Notes under the pieces: generated by a model
What the model was told of the DNA's origin: nothing
Seen by the model: only the letters and a program-made list of their open reading frames with translations
Database searches by the model: none
Shown: piece after piece, positions 62,678 through 64,000 of the stretch
Layout of the letters: the number at the start of each line of letters is the position of its first letter
Numbering within the stretch: position 1 is the stretch's first letter
NCBI GenBank assembly: GCA_965215015.1
Contig: OZ244042.1
Location: 2,368,001-2,432,000, forward strand
Reading direction: 5' to 3'
Length of the DNA: 64,000 nucleotides
From: Candidatus Poribacteria bacterium
Lineage (GTDB): Bacteria > Poribacteria > WGA-4E > PCPOR2b
Position numbers and translations under genes: made by a program

Positions 62678-62900
62678 TAGGACTTAGCAAGTTGTATCTG
62701 AATAGCAGGTGATTTCAATTGGTGTCTCAAGTATTGGGAGAATAAACTGTGTTTGACTTGATAAATGGTTTGGTCTGTCTGATAGACAACTTGCTTGAGT
62801 CGCACCCAAACCAACATCCCATAACCGATAGGGTTGCGAACAATCCGTGCCAAGCGACATTGACACCTTTCAAGAACGGCTCAATCTTCCACCGCCAGTT
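62678..62900 (-). pseudogene. 3' remnant of an IS701-like DDE transposase with its terminal repeat
   Basis: RWKIE..CQCRLARIVRN..MLVWVRLKQ..TIYQVKH ending at TAGGACTTAGCA. Confidence 0.6.
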
Positions 62901-63075
62901 ACACCAGGGGTGCTCATAATTCCGCCAAGAGCCTGTGCAAACATAGACGCCTATGGAGGGCAAATCGTAGCAAGAAAGCCACTCCCACAGAGAGCCCCCC
63001 TCATATACATTGCACTCCTCTAGAGAGGGTATTTCTGTTGTGCTGTTGGGGTTTTTGTGTATTTGGGTTGCCGTG

Positions 63076-64000
63076 TCAAGAGGTGCTGAAACCGTTCAGT
63101 AGCTGTAACGCTGCGTCGACCATCTGCCCTCCGGCGTCGAGTGCGAGATAGCTGCTCCGCGCTAACCATGTTTCATAGCCACCATGTTCATGTCCAATTG
63201 GGGTTGGGACATAGCCGGTGTAGTCGTTGGCAAGCTCGATGATAAAGGTCGGGTTGAACGGTGAGGCAGCCTTGAGATCGATGCCGAATTGACAGAAGAT
63301 TTCCCCCGTCAACGCAACCACCCCACAATCTCCGATACGGAAGGCTTGAATCGGTGTTGTGCGAGTATCTTCCCAGTCGTTGACTAGAATGCGCTCGCGG
63401 GCGTAGAGTTCATCGACAGTCGGATCATCGCTTGCGTTTGCCCATTTTGCTTCATACTTGGCAAGCTCTGCACTGGTCGGTTTCCGTATACCGCACGTAA
63501 TTTCCATCTGCGCCGCTGAAAGCCCCGCGTCATCGCGCATCGGTGCCAGTTGCCACGTCCGCCACACTTCTGCCGCCACTATCCGAGCAACCTTCCGTGT
63601 TTGGGCAAAGGGGCGTCGATCCGTCGGTGGATGATGGACATCGATGTTATTGATGTCGCCGGAACAACCGTTGGAGAGCATCGCAACAAATTCCGCGCCT
63701 GCTGTCCGCTGAAGTTCTTCGGCAAACAGTCCGAAATAGTCTGCCGAGATCATGTGCCCCGGCGCACCGACATAGTGCAGGGCGTAGTTGGCGAGGACGG
63801 CTATTGGTTGACCATCAACTGACTCAACGAAAAGCGCGGCGATGTCCGGATCAGTAGGGCCAACGGGTTCAACGATATCGGGGTTGTTATACCCCGGATT
63901 CATCTTCACCGTGCCATCCTTCATGCGAAACCGCCGATTGAACACACAGCGCGGTTCTGTCCCGACGCCGTAACCGAGTCTCGCTGGCTGCGCTCGTCCT
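63076..64000 (-). CDS. Neutral/alkaline ceramidase-like hypothetical protein, C-terminal part
   Basis: FNRR, GPTDP, NYALH, ISADY, GCSGD, GEIF, LANDYTGYVP, GGYE; 5' end outside the window. Confidence 0.75.
   Translation of the reverse strand, partial: GRAQPARLGYGVGTEPRCVFNRRFRMKDGTVKMNPGYNNPDIVEPVGPTDPDIAALFVESVDGQPIAVLANYALHYVGAPGHMISADYFGLFAEELQRTAGAEFVAMLSNGCSGDINNIDVHHPPTDRRPFAQTRKVARIVAAEVWRTWQLAPMRDDAGLSAAQMEITCGIRKPTSAELAKYEAKWANASDDPTVDELYARERILVNDWEDTRTTPIQAFRIGDCGVVALTGEIFCQFGIDLKAASPFNPTFIIELANDYTGYVPTPIGHEHGGYETWLARSSYLALDAGGQMVDAALQLLNGFSTS

Overview
Bacterial chromosomal window, mid-GC. By inference it comes from a Candidatus Poribacteria-like sponge symbiont: expanded enolase-superfamily dehydratases, HpcH aldolases, PhyH, HEAT-repeat and CotH-LTD proteins, and very repeat-rich intergenic DNA. 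Most of the window encodes acid-sugar/organic-acid catabolic enzymes, plus rpsU, katG with a Fur/PerR regulator, a sigma54 response regulator, an ECF sigma factor, a degraded R-M pair and an Rpn nuclease with a duplicated C-terminal small ORF. The most unusual part is an accessory island at about 12.1-22.2 kb. It carries a Cre-like tyrosine recombinase, small secreted or membrane cargo genes (including an 8-Cys peptide), a CI/Cro-like switch, an IS1595 element and its internally deleted inverted copy. Most spacers of the island are built from at least five families of 15-50 bp hairpin units. These units are nested inside one another, sit in frame inside the recombinase gene, and frameshift two cargo genes. 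One family carries the integron core heptamers GTTAGGC/GCCTAAC. I found no tRNA, rRNA or CRISPR array. All family assignments are by eye from motifs; no searches were run.
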